Below are positions 10,009 to 19,039 of a stretch of 64,000 bases of DNA, piece after piece (positions within the stretch are counted from its first letter, which is position 1; every line of letters starts with the position of its first letter). Location: NCBI GenBank assembly GCA_963851265.1, contig CAWKNZ010000002.1, positions 1,120,001 through 1,184,000 on the forward strand, given 5' to 3'. The DNA is from an uncultured Gemmatimonadales bacterium. Its GTDB lineage: Bacteria > Gemmatimonadota > Gemmatimonadetes > Gemmatimonadales > Gemmatimonadaceae. A program made the translations under genes and the position numbers. Below the pieces are notes generated by a model. The model worked only from the letters and a program-made list of their open reading frames with translations. It ran no database searches and was not told the origin of the DNA.

Positions 10009-10659
10009 GTGAATTCGATACACCCGACCGCGAGCGACGCCGGTACGCTCTCCGATGTCGAACGCCTGCTCGTCCGAGTGGCCGCGGTGGTCGCCGTCGG
10101 CGACGAACAGGCAGTGCGTGCGGTGCTCGCGTCCGCCTCCGCACGCGACGTCCCCCCGCGCTGGGTCGAGGAGGTCCTCCTGCAGTCATACATGTTCGCG
10201 GGCTTCCCGCGTGCCCTCAACGCGATGCGCGAATGGCGGCGCCTCTCTGGCCGCGCCGCTCCAGCCGACGACCCGGACGCTGACGTCGCCGACCACCTCG
10301 CGCGCGGCGAGGCGACCTGCGCCCGCGTCTATGGCCGCTTCTACGACAAGCTCCGCCGGAACGTCGCGGCCCTCCACCCGGCGCTCGACCGGTGGATGGT
10401 CGACACCGGGTACGGACAGGTGCTCGGACGCCCGGGCCTCGACCTCGGACGCCGCGAACTGTGCGTGATCGCCGTGTGCGCGGCCGCGGGCCAGGAACGT
10501 CAGCTGCATTCGCACCTGCACGGCGCCATCCACGTCGGTCTCCCGACGGCGGCCGTGGACGACACGCTCGCCGCCGTCGCCGACCTCACGCCCGACCGCG
10601 GCGACCGCGCCGCGCGCCTGTGGGCGCGCGTCCGTGAGTCCGCCTCCGCGACGGCCTGA
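10009..10659 (+). CDS. Carboxymuconolactone decarboxylase family protein
   Basis: FAGFPRALNA, YGQVLGRPGLD..RREL, QLHSHLHGA; start estimated. Confidence 0.8.
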   Translation: MNSIHPTASDAGTLSDVERLLVRVAAVVAVGDEQAVRAVLASASARDVPPRWVEEVLLQSYMFAGFPRALNAMREWRRLSGRAAPADDPDADVADHLARGEATCARVYGRFYDKLRRNVAALHPALDRWMVDTGYGQVLGRPGLDLGRRELCVIAVCAAAGQERQLHSHLHGAIHVGLPTAAVDDTLAAVADLTPDRGDRAARLWARVRESASATA

Positions 10660-10723
10660 CGTCGCGACCATCTACGTACCGGCGGCGCCGCACGGCGCCC
10701 CCGCCCCCAACGCAGCTCAGCTC

Positions 10724-11743
10724 ATGTTCATCGATCGCGTGGTCGTTCGCGTGGAAGCCGGCACCGGCGGCTCCGGCGCCAGCTCCTTCCGCCGCGAGAA
10801 ATTCGTCCCCATGGGCGGCCCCGACGGCGGCGACGGGGGGCGCGGCGGCGACGTCGTCATCCGCGGCGACCGCAACCTCGCCACCCTGCTCGACTACACC
10901 TACCGCGACCACTGGCGCGCCGAACGCGGCGAACACGGTAGCGGCTCGAACCGCACCGGCGCGTCAGGCGCGGACGTCATCCTCCCGGTCCCGCCTGGCA
11001 CGGTCATCCGCGACGAAGCCACAGGCGAGTTCCTCGGCGAGATTCTCGACGACGGCCAGGAACTCACGATCGCCCGCGGCGGACGCGGCGGACGCGGGAA
11101 CGCCAAGTTCACCTCCCCGACGCACCAAGCACCCCGTGAGTGGGAGCCGGGCGACGAAGGCGAACAGCGCAACCTAGAGCTGGAACTCAAACTCATCGCC
11201 GACGTCGGACTGGTCGGCCAGCCCAACGCGGGCAAGTCGACGCTCCTGTCCGTCATCTCCGCCGCCCGCCCGAAGATCGCCGACTACCCGTTCACGACGC
11301 TCTCGCCCAACCTCGGCGTCGTTCAACTCTCCGACCACCGGACCTTCGTCGTCGCCGACATCCCCGGCATCATCGAAGGCGCGCACGAAGGCCGCGGACT
11401 CGGCCTCCAGTTCCTTCGCCACATCGAACGCACCCGCGTCCTCGCGTTCCTGATCCCGATCGACGCGATGGACTGGCAGGCGGAATACGACCAACTCCGC
11501 CGCGAGGTGGAAGAGTACTCCCCCGACCTCGCCGCCAAACCGCACTGCGTGGTCTTCACCAAGCTCGACCTGCTCGGTGAGGACTACACGCCGCCGATCG
11601 AGGCGCCGGCGAGCTTCGGGAGCTTCGCCGTCTCGGCGGCCGGACGCACGGGAATCGACGCCCTGCTCGCCGGCTGGTGGTCGCAGCTGCTGCGCATGGA
11701 GACCGCGCTCGCTACGACCAGGGCAGACGCCGCACTCCCCTGA
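10724..11743 (+). CDS. obgE: GTPase ObgE/CgtA
   Basis: MFIDRV, GGPDGGDGGRGG, GQPNAGKS, DYPFTT, DIPG. Confidence 0.97.
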   Translation: MFIDRVVVRVEAGTGGSGASSFRREKFVPMGGPDGGDGGRGGDVVIRGDRNLATLLDYTYRDHWRAERGEHGSGSNRTGASGADVILPVPPGTVIRDEATGEFLGEILDDGQELTIARGGRGGRGNAKFTSPTHQAPREWEPGDEGEQRNLELELKLIADVGLVGQPNAGKSTLLSVISAARPKIADYPFTTLSPNLGVVQLSDHRTFVVADIPGIIEGAHEGRGLGLQFLRHIERTRVLAFLIPIDAMDWQAEYDQLRREVEEYSPDLAAKPHCVVFTKLDLLGEDYTPPIEAPASFGSFAVSAAGRTGIDALLAGWWSQLLRMETALATTRADAALP

Positions 11744-11748
11744 TCGGC

Positions 11749-12924
11749 GTGCCGACCGCGCAACGCGGCCACGACGCGACGGTCCGCCGCGACCCGTTCC
11801 CGACCGACGTTCACGCCCTGTTCGATCGCCCGCTCGTCGACCGCGAGGCGGCGGCGGCCCTCGCGCTCGTTCCAGGCGTCGGCCCAGTCCGCTGGCGTGC
11901 GCTCCTGACCCGCCACGACGGCGACGGCGCGCGCGCGGCGCTCGCGCACGGCGTCACGGCACCGACGTGGGCACGCGCGTTGCGCGACGCAGCCGCGTAC
12001 CTCAGGTCGACCGACGCGGACACCGCGGTCGCGATCCCCGGCGACGCGCGCTACCCGCGCGCGCTGCTCGACCTGCCGGATGCCCCACCCCTCCTCTGGA
12101 TCCGCGGCGATCGCAGCGCGCTCGCGCACGCACCGCGCGTCGCACTCGTGGGCACGCGTCACAACACGTCGGCCGGGGCAGTGACTGCACGCCGGCTCGT
12201 CGGCGCGCTCCGTGACACCAACGCGTGCGTCGTCAGCGGCATGGCCCGCGGCATCGACGGCGTCGTACACGACGCCGCCCTCGGCGCGGATCTCCCCACG
12301 ATCGCGGTCCTGGGCACCGGAGTCGACGTGCCGTACCCCGCGCAACACCGCCGACTCTACGAGCGCATCGTCGCCGGCGGCGCCGTCGTGAGCGAGCAAC
12401 CGCCGGGGACCGCACCCGTGCCCGGCGCCTTCCCACGCCGGAACCGGATCATCGCGGCCATCAGCCACTGCACCGTCGTCGTCGAAGCGGGGGAACGCAG
12501 CGGCGCGCTCATCACCGCCGACATCGCGCTCGAACTCGGCCGTACCGTCGCCGCCGTTCCGGGCCCGATCGACGCGCCGGCGTCGCTCGGCGCGAACTCC
12601 TTACTCCGGGACGGCGCACACCTGCTCGCAACCGTCGACGACCTCGCTCCGCTCCTCGCGGCTCCGATCACGCGTACGACACCCGGTCCGCCGCCGAATC
12701 GGCGGCGGCCGGTCGAGCCGCGGCCCGAGCCACGGCCGCGCCGGCCCGACCTCGCGGGCGACGAACTCGTCGTGTGGGACGCGCTCACCGAGCCGGCGCC
12801 GGATGCCGACGCGCTCGCGGCCCGGACCGCACTGTCGGCGCGCCAGTGCGCCACCGCGCTCGCCGGGCTCGAGATCCGCGGCGTCGTCGCGACCGAACTG
12901 ACCGGCGCCATCCGGCGCGTGTGA
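11749..12924 (+). CDS. dprA: DNA-processing protein DprA
   Basis: VGTR, VSGMARGIDG, FPRRNRII, VVEAGERSGALIT; start estimated. Confidence 0.93.
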   Translation: MPTAQRGHDATVRRDPFPTDVHALFDRPLVDREAAAALALVPGVGPVRWRALLTRHDGDGARAALAHGVTAPTWARALRDAAAYLRSTDADTAVAIPGDARYPRALLDLPDAPPLLWIRGDRSALAHAPRVALVGTRHNTSAGAVTARRLVGALRDTNACVVSGMARGIDGVVHDAALGADLPTIAVLGTGVDVPYPAQHRRLYERIVAGGAVVSEQPPGTAPVPGAFPRRNRIIAAISHCTVVVEAGERSGALITADIALELGRTVAAVPGPIDAPASLGANSLLRDGAHLLATVDDLAPLLAAPITRTTPGPPPNRRRPVEPRPEPRPRRPDLAGDELVVWDALTEPAPDADALAARTALSARQCATALAGLEIRGVVATELTGAIRRV

Positions 12925-12973
12925 GCAGCGCGCTCGCGCATGCCTCGCCCGAACGCACCCGCTCGGAGCGGGT

Positions 12974-14119
12974 ATGAACGGCGTGCCCACGCCGTTCCGC
13001 CACGTCTACGTTCACGTCCCATTCTGCGCGCGTCGATGCGTGTATTGCGATTTCTCGATCGCGGTTCGCGCGCGCGTGCCCGTCACCGAGTACGTGGGCG
13101 GCGTTCGGCGAGAACTGCGTGCCCGGTTCGGGCCGCCCCCGGCGGCTACCGACCGGACGCCTATCACCACGCTGTACTTCGGCGGGGGAACGCCCTCGCG
13201 CCTCGGCGGCCCCGGTCTCGCCTCGCTCGTGACCGAACTACGCACGTGGTTCGCGTGGGATGACCGCGCGGAGGTTACCGCGGAGGCGAATCCGGAAGAC
13301 GTGACCGAGGCGAACGTGCACGCGTGGCGCGATGCCGGAATCACGCGGCTTTCGATCGGCGCTCAGACGTTCGACCCGGACGCGCTCGCCTGGATGCGGC
13401 GTACTCACGCGCATGACGCGGCGGCGCGCGCGGTCGCGGTCGCTCGCGATGGCGGCATCGCGGACCTCTCGCTCGACCTCATCTTCGCGCTGCCGAGCGA
13501 AGTGCCACGTGATCTCGACGCGGACCTCGCGAGCATCGTCGCGCTCGAGCCGTCGCACGTCTCGATCTACGGACTCACGGTCGAGCCTGGGACCCCGCTC
13601 GGGAGGTGGGCCGATCGCCACACGGTCGCCGAAGCGGACGAGTCGCGCTACGAATCCGAGTTTCTCTCGGCGCACGATGCGCTCGCGGCGGCGGGGTTCG
13701 ACCACTACGAGGTGTCGAATTTCGCGCTGCCCGGGCACCGCGCGCGGCACAATTCCGCGTACTGGTCGGGTGTGCCGTACCTCGGACTCGGGCCGTCAGC
13801 ACACGGCTTCGACGGCGCGGTCCGACGTTGGAACGAGTCCGCCTACGCGCGCTGGCTGCCGCGCGTCGACTCCGGAAATGATCCCGTCGCAGGCTGCGAT
13901 CCGCTCGATGACGCCGCCCGTACGACCGAAGGTGTATACCTGGGCTTGCGCACCGTCGACGGTCTCGCGCTCCGCGACGACGAGCGGGCGCGCGTCGGGC
14001 GGTGGGTCGAGGCGGGTTGGGCGTCGGTCGATGACGCGCGCGTGCATCTCACGCCGTCGGGCTGGCTGCGCCTCGATGCCCTCGCCGCCGACTTGACAGC
14101 GGTCCGAAGTCGTTCGTAG
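12974..14119 (+). CDS. hemW: Radical SAM heme chaperone HemW
   Basis: YVHVPFCARRCVYCDF, FGGGTPS, YEVSNF, HNSAYW. Confidence 0.93.
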   Translation: MNGVPTPFRHVYVHVPFCARRCVYCDFSIAVRARVPVTEYVGGVRRELRARFGPPPAATDRTPITTLYFGGGTPSRLGGPGLASLVTELRTWFAWDDRAEVTAEANPEDVTEANVHAWRDAGITRLSIGAQTFDPDALAWMRRTHAHDAAARAVAVARDGGIADLSLDLIFALPSEVPRDLDADLASIVALEPSHVSIYGLTVEPGTPLGRWADRHTVAEADESRYESEFLSAHDALAAAGFDHYEVSNFALPGHRARHNSAYWSGVPYLGLGPSAHGFDGAVRRWNESAYARWLPRVDSGNDPVAGCDPLDDAARTTEGVYLGLRTVDGLALRDDERARVGRWVEAGWASVDDARVHLTPSGWLRLDALAADLTAVRSRS

Positions 14120-14122
14120 GAT
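14093..14122 (+). promoter_or_regulatory. Sigma70-like promoter for hrcA within the hemW 3' end
   Basis: TTGACA-18 nt-TAGGAT. Confidence 0.55.
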
Positions 14123-14132
14123 TGGAGTTACC

Positions 14133-15176
14133 ATGCATTCAGAACTCTCCGACCGCGAGCGCCGCGTGCTCGCGGCGGTGATTCAGAGCTATGTAGCGAC
14201 CGCGGAGCCCGCCGGGTCGCGAACGATCGCGCGAAAGTTCGGGCTGAACGTGTCGCCGGCGACCATCCGGAACACGATGAGTGACCTGGAAGAAAAGGGG
14301 TTCCTCTTCCACCCACACACGTCCGCCGGGCGAGTGCCCACGCACAAGGCTTATCGGGTGTACGTGGACGCCCTCATTCACGTCCCCGCGCTCGCCGCGG
14401 CCGACGAGGACCGGCTGAACGAGCACCTCGCGACTGCGCCCGGCGCAGGGCGCGTCGACACGATCGAGGCGATCCTCCGGCGCGCCGCGCAGTCCTTGGG
14501 GGTCCTCACTCAGGAACTCGGCGTAGCGGTCGGCCCGCAACTCGACGCTGCCGCGCTCCGCCAGATCGATCTCGTCCGACTGGCGAGCGACCGCCTCCTC
14601 GTGGTGTTCACGCTCGACCGCGGTGCCGTGCGTACGGTGTTCGTCGAGGTGCCCGGCGAGATTGCAGACGACGCAGTGCGCGAGGTCGCGCGCGTCCTCA
14701 ACGATCGGCTCGCCGGCCGGACGCTCGCCGAGTTGCGCGGAACGTTGGCCGAGCGCCTGCGGGACGCGCCACCGACGGCCGACGCCGCCGATCTGCTGAA
14801 CATCTTCGTCGCGGGCGCCGCGCCGCTCATCGAGCCCGACGCGGCCCTCGTCATGGGGCAGCCCTCGCTGCTGGCCGACAAGCCCGAATTCGCGAGCGGC
14901 CCCGAAATGCGGCGTCTGCTCGAACTCACCGAGACGCGCGAGGACCTGGCCCGGCTGCTCACACGCCGCGCCGGACACACGACCGGGCTCTCGATCACGA
15001 TCGGAAGCGAACACGACGACCCGCGTCTCGCGCCCTTCACCGTCGTGACCGCGGAGTACCGCGCGGCCGGGTTGACCGGCGTGATCGGCGTGATCGGCCC
15101 CACCCGCATGCCCTACGAAAAGGTGATCGCGCTCGTCAGCCACACGTCCCGCCTCGTGTCCGATCTCCTGCACTGA
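14133..15176 (+). CDS. hrcA: Heat-inducible transcription repressor HrcA
   Basis: SPATIRNTMSDLE, PHTSAGRVPT, GVIGPTRMPY. Confidence 0.96.
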   Translation: MHSELSDRERRVLAAVIQSYVATAEPAGSRTIARKFGLNVSPATIRNTMSDLEEKGFLFHPHTSAGRVPTHKAYRVYVDALIHVPALAAADEDRLNEHLATAPGAGRVDTIEAILRRAAQSLGVLTQELGVAVGPQLDAAALRQIDLVRLASDRLLVVFTLDRGAVRTVFVEVPGEIADDAVREVARVLNDRLAGRTLAELRGTLAERLRDAPPTADAADLLNIFVAGAAPLIEPDAALVMGQPSLLADKPEFASGPEMRRLLELTETREDLARLLTRRAGHTTGLSITIGSEHDDPRLAPFTVVTAEYRAAGLTGVIGVIGPTRMPYEKVIALVSHTSRLVSDLLH

Positions 15177-15206
15177 CGGTTCCGCGCGTGATGCACGCGC
15201 CAACCC

Positions 15207-15233
15207 TGCCGTCCCGAGCGTAGCGAGGGACCT
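15207..15233. repeat. REP-like small palindrome
   Basis: tgccgtcccgagcgtagcgagggacct; a partial second copy (gtcccgagcg) lies near 15255. Confidence 0.35.
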
Positions 15234-15322
15234 CCTCTCCTTGGCGGTGGGCCGGTCCCGAGCGGATCGCGCCCGTCCGCCCGCATTCTCGGTTCCCCGC
15301 TGCGTTCGGCACGAAACGGATC

Positions 15323-16465
15323 ATGGCTGATTACTACGAAACTCTCGGCGTCGCGCGCGACACGTCGGACGACGACCTCAAGAAGGCCTATCGCAAACTC
15401 GCGATGCAGTGGCACCCGGACCGCAACGGCGGGTCGGCCGAGGCCACGGAGAAGTTCAAGGAGATCACCGAGGCGTACGACGTGCTGCGCGACCCGCAGA
15501 AGCGCGCCGCGTTCGACCGCTACGGTGAGGCGGGACTGCGGAGCGCGGGCGGCGGCGGCGCGTACCACCACGTCGACCTCTCCGAGGCGCTCAACATCTT
15601 CATGCGCGAGGCCGGCTTCAGCGGCATCGGCGATCTGTTCGGGCCTGCCGGGCGCGGAGGGGCGAACGGGCCGCGCACGGGCTCGGACGTCAAGATCGAC
15701 GTGCCGCTCACGCTCGCAGAGGTCGCGACCGGGGTCGACCGCACGCTCACGGCGAAACTCCTCGACGCATGCGACCGCTGCGAGGCGACCGGGGCCGAAC
15801 CGGGGTCCAAGCCGACGACCTGCACGACGTGCGGCGGTACGGGCGAGGTGCGCCGCGCGCAGCGCTCGTTCTTCGGCCAGTTCGTCAGCGTCGCGCCCTG
15901 CCCGACCTGCGCGGGCGAGGGCACCGTCATCGCGACGCCGTGCAAGAAGTGTCGGGGCGAGGGGCGGGTGCGTGCGGAAAAGCAGGTGAAGCTGTCCGTG
16001 CCCGCCGGTGTCGCGACCGGCCAGTACATGACGCTCCGCGGGCAGGGCAACGTCGGCCCGCGGGGCGGCCCGCGCGGCGACCTGATCATGCTGTTCGACG
16101 TCGAGGAGGACCCGCGCTTCGACCGCGACGGCGAGGACCTCTACTGCGAGCGCCTCGTCAGCTATCCGCAGCTGGTCCTCGGTGCCGACGTCACGGTTCC
16201 GGGCGTGACGGGCGACCTGTCGCTGCGGGTTCCGCCGGGAACACAGAGCGGGGAAGTCTTCCACCTGCGCGGCCGTGGGCTTCCGCGCGTGAACGCGACC
16301 GGCGTCGGTGACCTGCACGTACGCGTGCAGCTCTGGACGCCGGACAAGCTCACCGAGCGCGAGGAGGAACTCATCCGCGCGCTCGAGGACGCATCGGCCA
16401 CGCCCCCGCAGAAGTCGCACGCGAAAGGGTTCTGGGGCAAGATGAAGGAAGCGTTGGGCGCATGA
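15323..16465 (+). CDS. dnaJ: Chaperone DnaJ
   Basis: J domain with HPD, four CxxCxGxG-type repeats. Confidence 0.97.
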   Translation: MADYYETLGVARDTSDDDLKKAYRKLAMQWHPDRNGGSAEATEKFKEITEAYDVLRDPQKRAAFDRYGEAGLRSAGGGGAYHHVDLSEALNIFMREAGFSGIGDLFGPAGRGGANGPRTGSDVKIDVPLTLAEVATGVDRTLTAKLLDACDRCEATGAEPGSKPTTCTTCGGTGEVRRAQRSFFGQFVSVAPCPTCAGEGTVIATPCKKCRGEGRVRAEKQVKLSVPAGVATGQYMTLRGQGNVGPRGGPRGDLIMLFDVEEDPRFDRDGEDLYCERLVSYPQLVLGADVTVPGVTGDLSLRVPPGTQSGEVFHLRGRGLPRVNATGVGDLHVRVQLWTPDKLTEREEELIRALEDASATPPQKSHAKGFWGKMKEALGA

Positions 16466-17337
16466 CCGGGCCGACGACGGACGCGACCGCGAGCGGTTCG
16501 GCAGCCGGAGGTTGGACGGCGGTGCGTGTGCGCCCGCGCGGTGGCGCCCAGGCGGTGGAACGCGTCGCTGCCGCCCTCTTCGCGGCCGGCTCGATGGGAT
16601 TACACGAGGACGGGCCGACCCTCGCGACGCAGTTCCCCGACGGCGTCGACATCGACGCGGTGCGCGCAGCCGTACTCGCCGCCGACTCGACCGCGGACGT
16701 CGAGATCGCGCCGGCCGCACCGGTCGACTGGTCGGAGCGCTGGCGCGCCCTCATCGGCGCGCACGACCTCGGCGCACTCGCGATCGTGCCGCCGTGGTTG
16801 GCGGACGGCCGCGATCCGGCGCGCACGGTGGTGATCGATCCGGGGATGGCGTTCGGTACGGGCGATCACCCGACCACGCGCGGCGTCACCCGACTCCTTC
16901 CAGGCGTCATCCGGTCCGGGGACGTGGTCGCCGATCTCGGCGCGGGTAGCGCGGTGCTCGCCATCGCGGCCGCGAAGCTCGGCGCGCGGCGCGTCGCGGC
17001 GGTCGAGTTCGACCCGGACGCGATCGGCAACGCCGAGGAAAACGTCGCGCGCAACGGGGCCGCGGACGTGGTGACCGTCATCGAGGGCGATGCGGGTGTC
17101 CTGCTCCCACTCATCGCACCGGTGCGCGTCGTGCTCGCGAACATCATCTCGAGCGTCCTCGTCGACCTGTTGCCGGTCATCGAGCACGCGCTGGCCCCCG
17201 ACGGTGACGTCGTGCTGAGCGGGATCCTCTGGGAGGAGCGCACGGCGATGCTCGAGATCCTCGACGTCCGCGGCTGGCGCGTCGCGGCGGAGGATCGCGA
17301 AGACGCGTGGTGGAGCGTGCACGTGCGACGGGTGTGA
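16462..17337 (+). CDS. prmA: Ribosomal protein L11 methyltransferase
   Basis: IDPGMAFGTGDHPTT, DLGAGS, ANI. Confidence 0.93.
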   Translation: MTGPTTDATASGSAAGGWTAVRVRPRGGAQAVERVAAALFAAGSMGLHEDGPTLATQFPDGVDIDAVRAAVLAADSTADVEIAPAAPVDWSERWRALIGAHDLGALAIVPPWLADGRDPARTVVIDPGMAFGTGDHPTTRGVTRLLPGVIRSGDVVADLGAGSAVLAIAAAKLGARRVAAVEFDPDAIGNAEENVARNGAADVVTVIEGDAGVLLPLIAPVRVVLANIISSVLVDLLPVIEHALAPDGDVVLSGILWEERTAMLEILDVRGWRVAAEDREDAWWSVHVRRV

Positions 17338-18152
17338 GGGCGCCGCCCGGCACGGGCGCCCGCCCGACGGTCGCGTCGTTCGTCGCGCGGGGCCCGCTCG
17401 TCGTCGGTCACGTCGTGCTCGACGCGGATGCAGCGCACCACGCCCGCGTCCGCCGCCTCGACGACGGCGATCCCGTCACGGTGCGCGACGGCGCCGGCGC
17501 GGTCGCGACGGGGCAGATCGCGCGGCTCGGGAAGCACGCGCTCGAGGTCACCATCGCCGCCGTCGACCACGTGCCCGCACCGGCCCCCGTCCACGTACTC
17601 GTCCCCGCGGGCGATCGGGACCGCATGCTCTGGCTCGCCGAAAAGGCCGTCGAGATTGGGGTGACGAGTTGGCGCGCCGTGCGCTGGCAGCGCTCGCGCA
17701 GCGTGTCGCCGCGAGGCGAGGGGGAGGCGTTCGTCGCCAAGCTCCGCGCCCGTATGACCCAGGCGCTCGCGCAGTGCGAGGGCGCGTGGTTGCCGGAAGT
17801 GCACGACGCACGCGAGGCCGACGATGTGGTGCGCGACCTGCCGTTGGGCGTGCGCCTGCTGCTCGACGGCGACGGTGTCGACCTCGTCGCGATCGAGTCC
17901 GAGTGTTCGACCGCGTCCGATCGTCACCGCGGGGCCGTCGTCGCGGTCGGGCCGGAGGGCGGCCTCGAAGCCGACGAGATCGCGTGCTGCGAGGTGGCGG
18001 GCTTCCGCCGGATGCGGCTCCCGGGCAATGTGTTGCGATTCGAAACTGCCGGCGTGCTCGGCGTCGCGTTCGCCCGCGCGCTGGTCGAGCGCGCGCGGCC
18101 GAGCGCGGCCGCCGCGACCGCGTTCACCCCTCACGACGTCGCCCGTGGCTGA
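17334..18152 (+). CDS. rsmE: 16S rRNA m3U1498 methyltransferase
   Basis: HHARVRRL, EKAVEIGV, VGPEGG, LRFETA; GTGA overlap with prmA. Confidence 0.9.
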   Translation: MRAPPGTGARPTVASFVARGPLVVGHVVLDADAAHHARVRRLDDGDPVTVRDGAGAVATGQIARLGKHALEVTIAAVDHVPAPAPVHVLVPAGDRDRMLWLAEKAVEIGVTSWRAVRWQRSRSVSPRGEGEAFVAKLRARMTQALAQCEGAWLPEVHDAREADDVVRDLPLGVRLLLDGDGVDLVAIESECSTASDRHRGAVVAVGPEGGLEADEIACCEVAGFRRMRLPGNVLRFETAGVLGVAFARALVERARPSAAAATAFTPHDVARG

Positions 18153-18486
18153 CACCTGTCTGTTCTGCCGGATCGTCGCCGGTGAGATCCCCGCGACCAT
18201 CGTCGCCCAGAACGACGCGTGCGTCGCGTTCCGGGACGTGTCGCCTCGGGCGCCCCTGCACGTGCTGGTCGTGCCGCGCGCACACGTCGCGTCGCTCGGC
18301 GAGGCGACCGATCCGCTCCTCGTGGGACAGGTCGCGCTGCTGGCCGCGCAGGTCGCGCGCGACGCGGGCTACGGCGACCGCGGATTTCGGACCGTGATGA
18401 ACGACGGCCCCGACGCCGGTCAGACGGTGCGTCACCTCCACATGCACGTGTTGGCCGGTCGCCCGCTCGACTGGCCGCCGGGCTAG
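18145..18486 (+). CDS. Histidine triad (HIT) nucleotide-binding protein
   Basis: CLFCRI, GQTVRHLHMHV, WPPG. Confidence 0.93.
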   Translation: MADTCLFCRIVAGEIPATIVAQNDACVAFRDVSPRAPLHVLVVPRAHVASLGEATDPLLVGQVALLAAQVARDAGYGDRGFRTVMNDGPDAGQTVRHLHMHVLAGRPLDWPPG

Positions 18487-18547
18487 CACGGCGCGCTTCT
18501 GCGGGCGACGATCGGTCGTCCCATTCCTTTTCACCTCCCGCCGGCCG

Positions 18548-18994
18548 ATGTCCGAACTCGCTGATCGCCTGCAAGCCGACCTCAACGCCTCGCGCAAGGC
18601 GCAGGACAAACCGCTGACGCTCGTGCTCGGGACCGTGCTGTCCGAGGTGAAGAACCGCCGCATCGAATTGCGCCGCGATCCCACCGACGAGGAAGTCGTC
18701 GAACTCGTGCGGCGCGGCATCAAGCGGCGCCGCGAGTCGGTCGAGATGTACCGCGCCGGCGGGCGCGAGGACCTCGAAGCGAAGGAGGCGTCCGAGATCC
18801 TCCTGCTCGAGCGCTACCTTCCGCCGACGGTGGACGAGGCCGAGATCCGCGGCGTCGCGCGCGCCGCCGTTGCCGGGGGTGCGGGCAACCTCGGCGCCAT
18901 CATGGGGAAGCTGATGGCGCAGTACAAGGGACGCGTCGAAGGGTCGGTGCTCAACCGCATCGCGCGCGAGGAGCTGGCCGCGGGAATGAGCTAG
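18548..18994 (+). CDS. GatB/YqeY domain protein
   Basis: KRRRESVEMY..GGREDL, YLP, GAIMG. Confidence 0.9.
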   Translation: MSELADRLQADLNASRKAQDKPLTLVLGTVLSEVKNRRIELRRDPTDEEVVELVRRGIKRRRESVEMYRAGGREDLEAKEASEILLLERYLPPTVDEAEIRGVARAAVAGGAGNLGAIMGKLMAQYKGRVEGSVLNRIAREELAAGMS

Positions 18995-19039
18995 CGGCGC
19001 GGCGCGATCCGTACGCGCGGCGCGGGGTAGTATTCGGCG

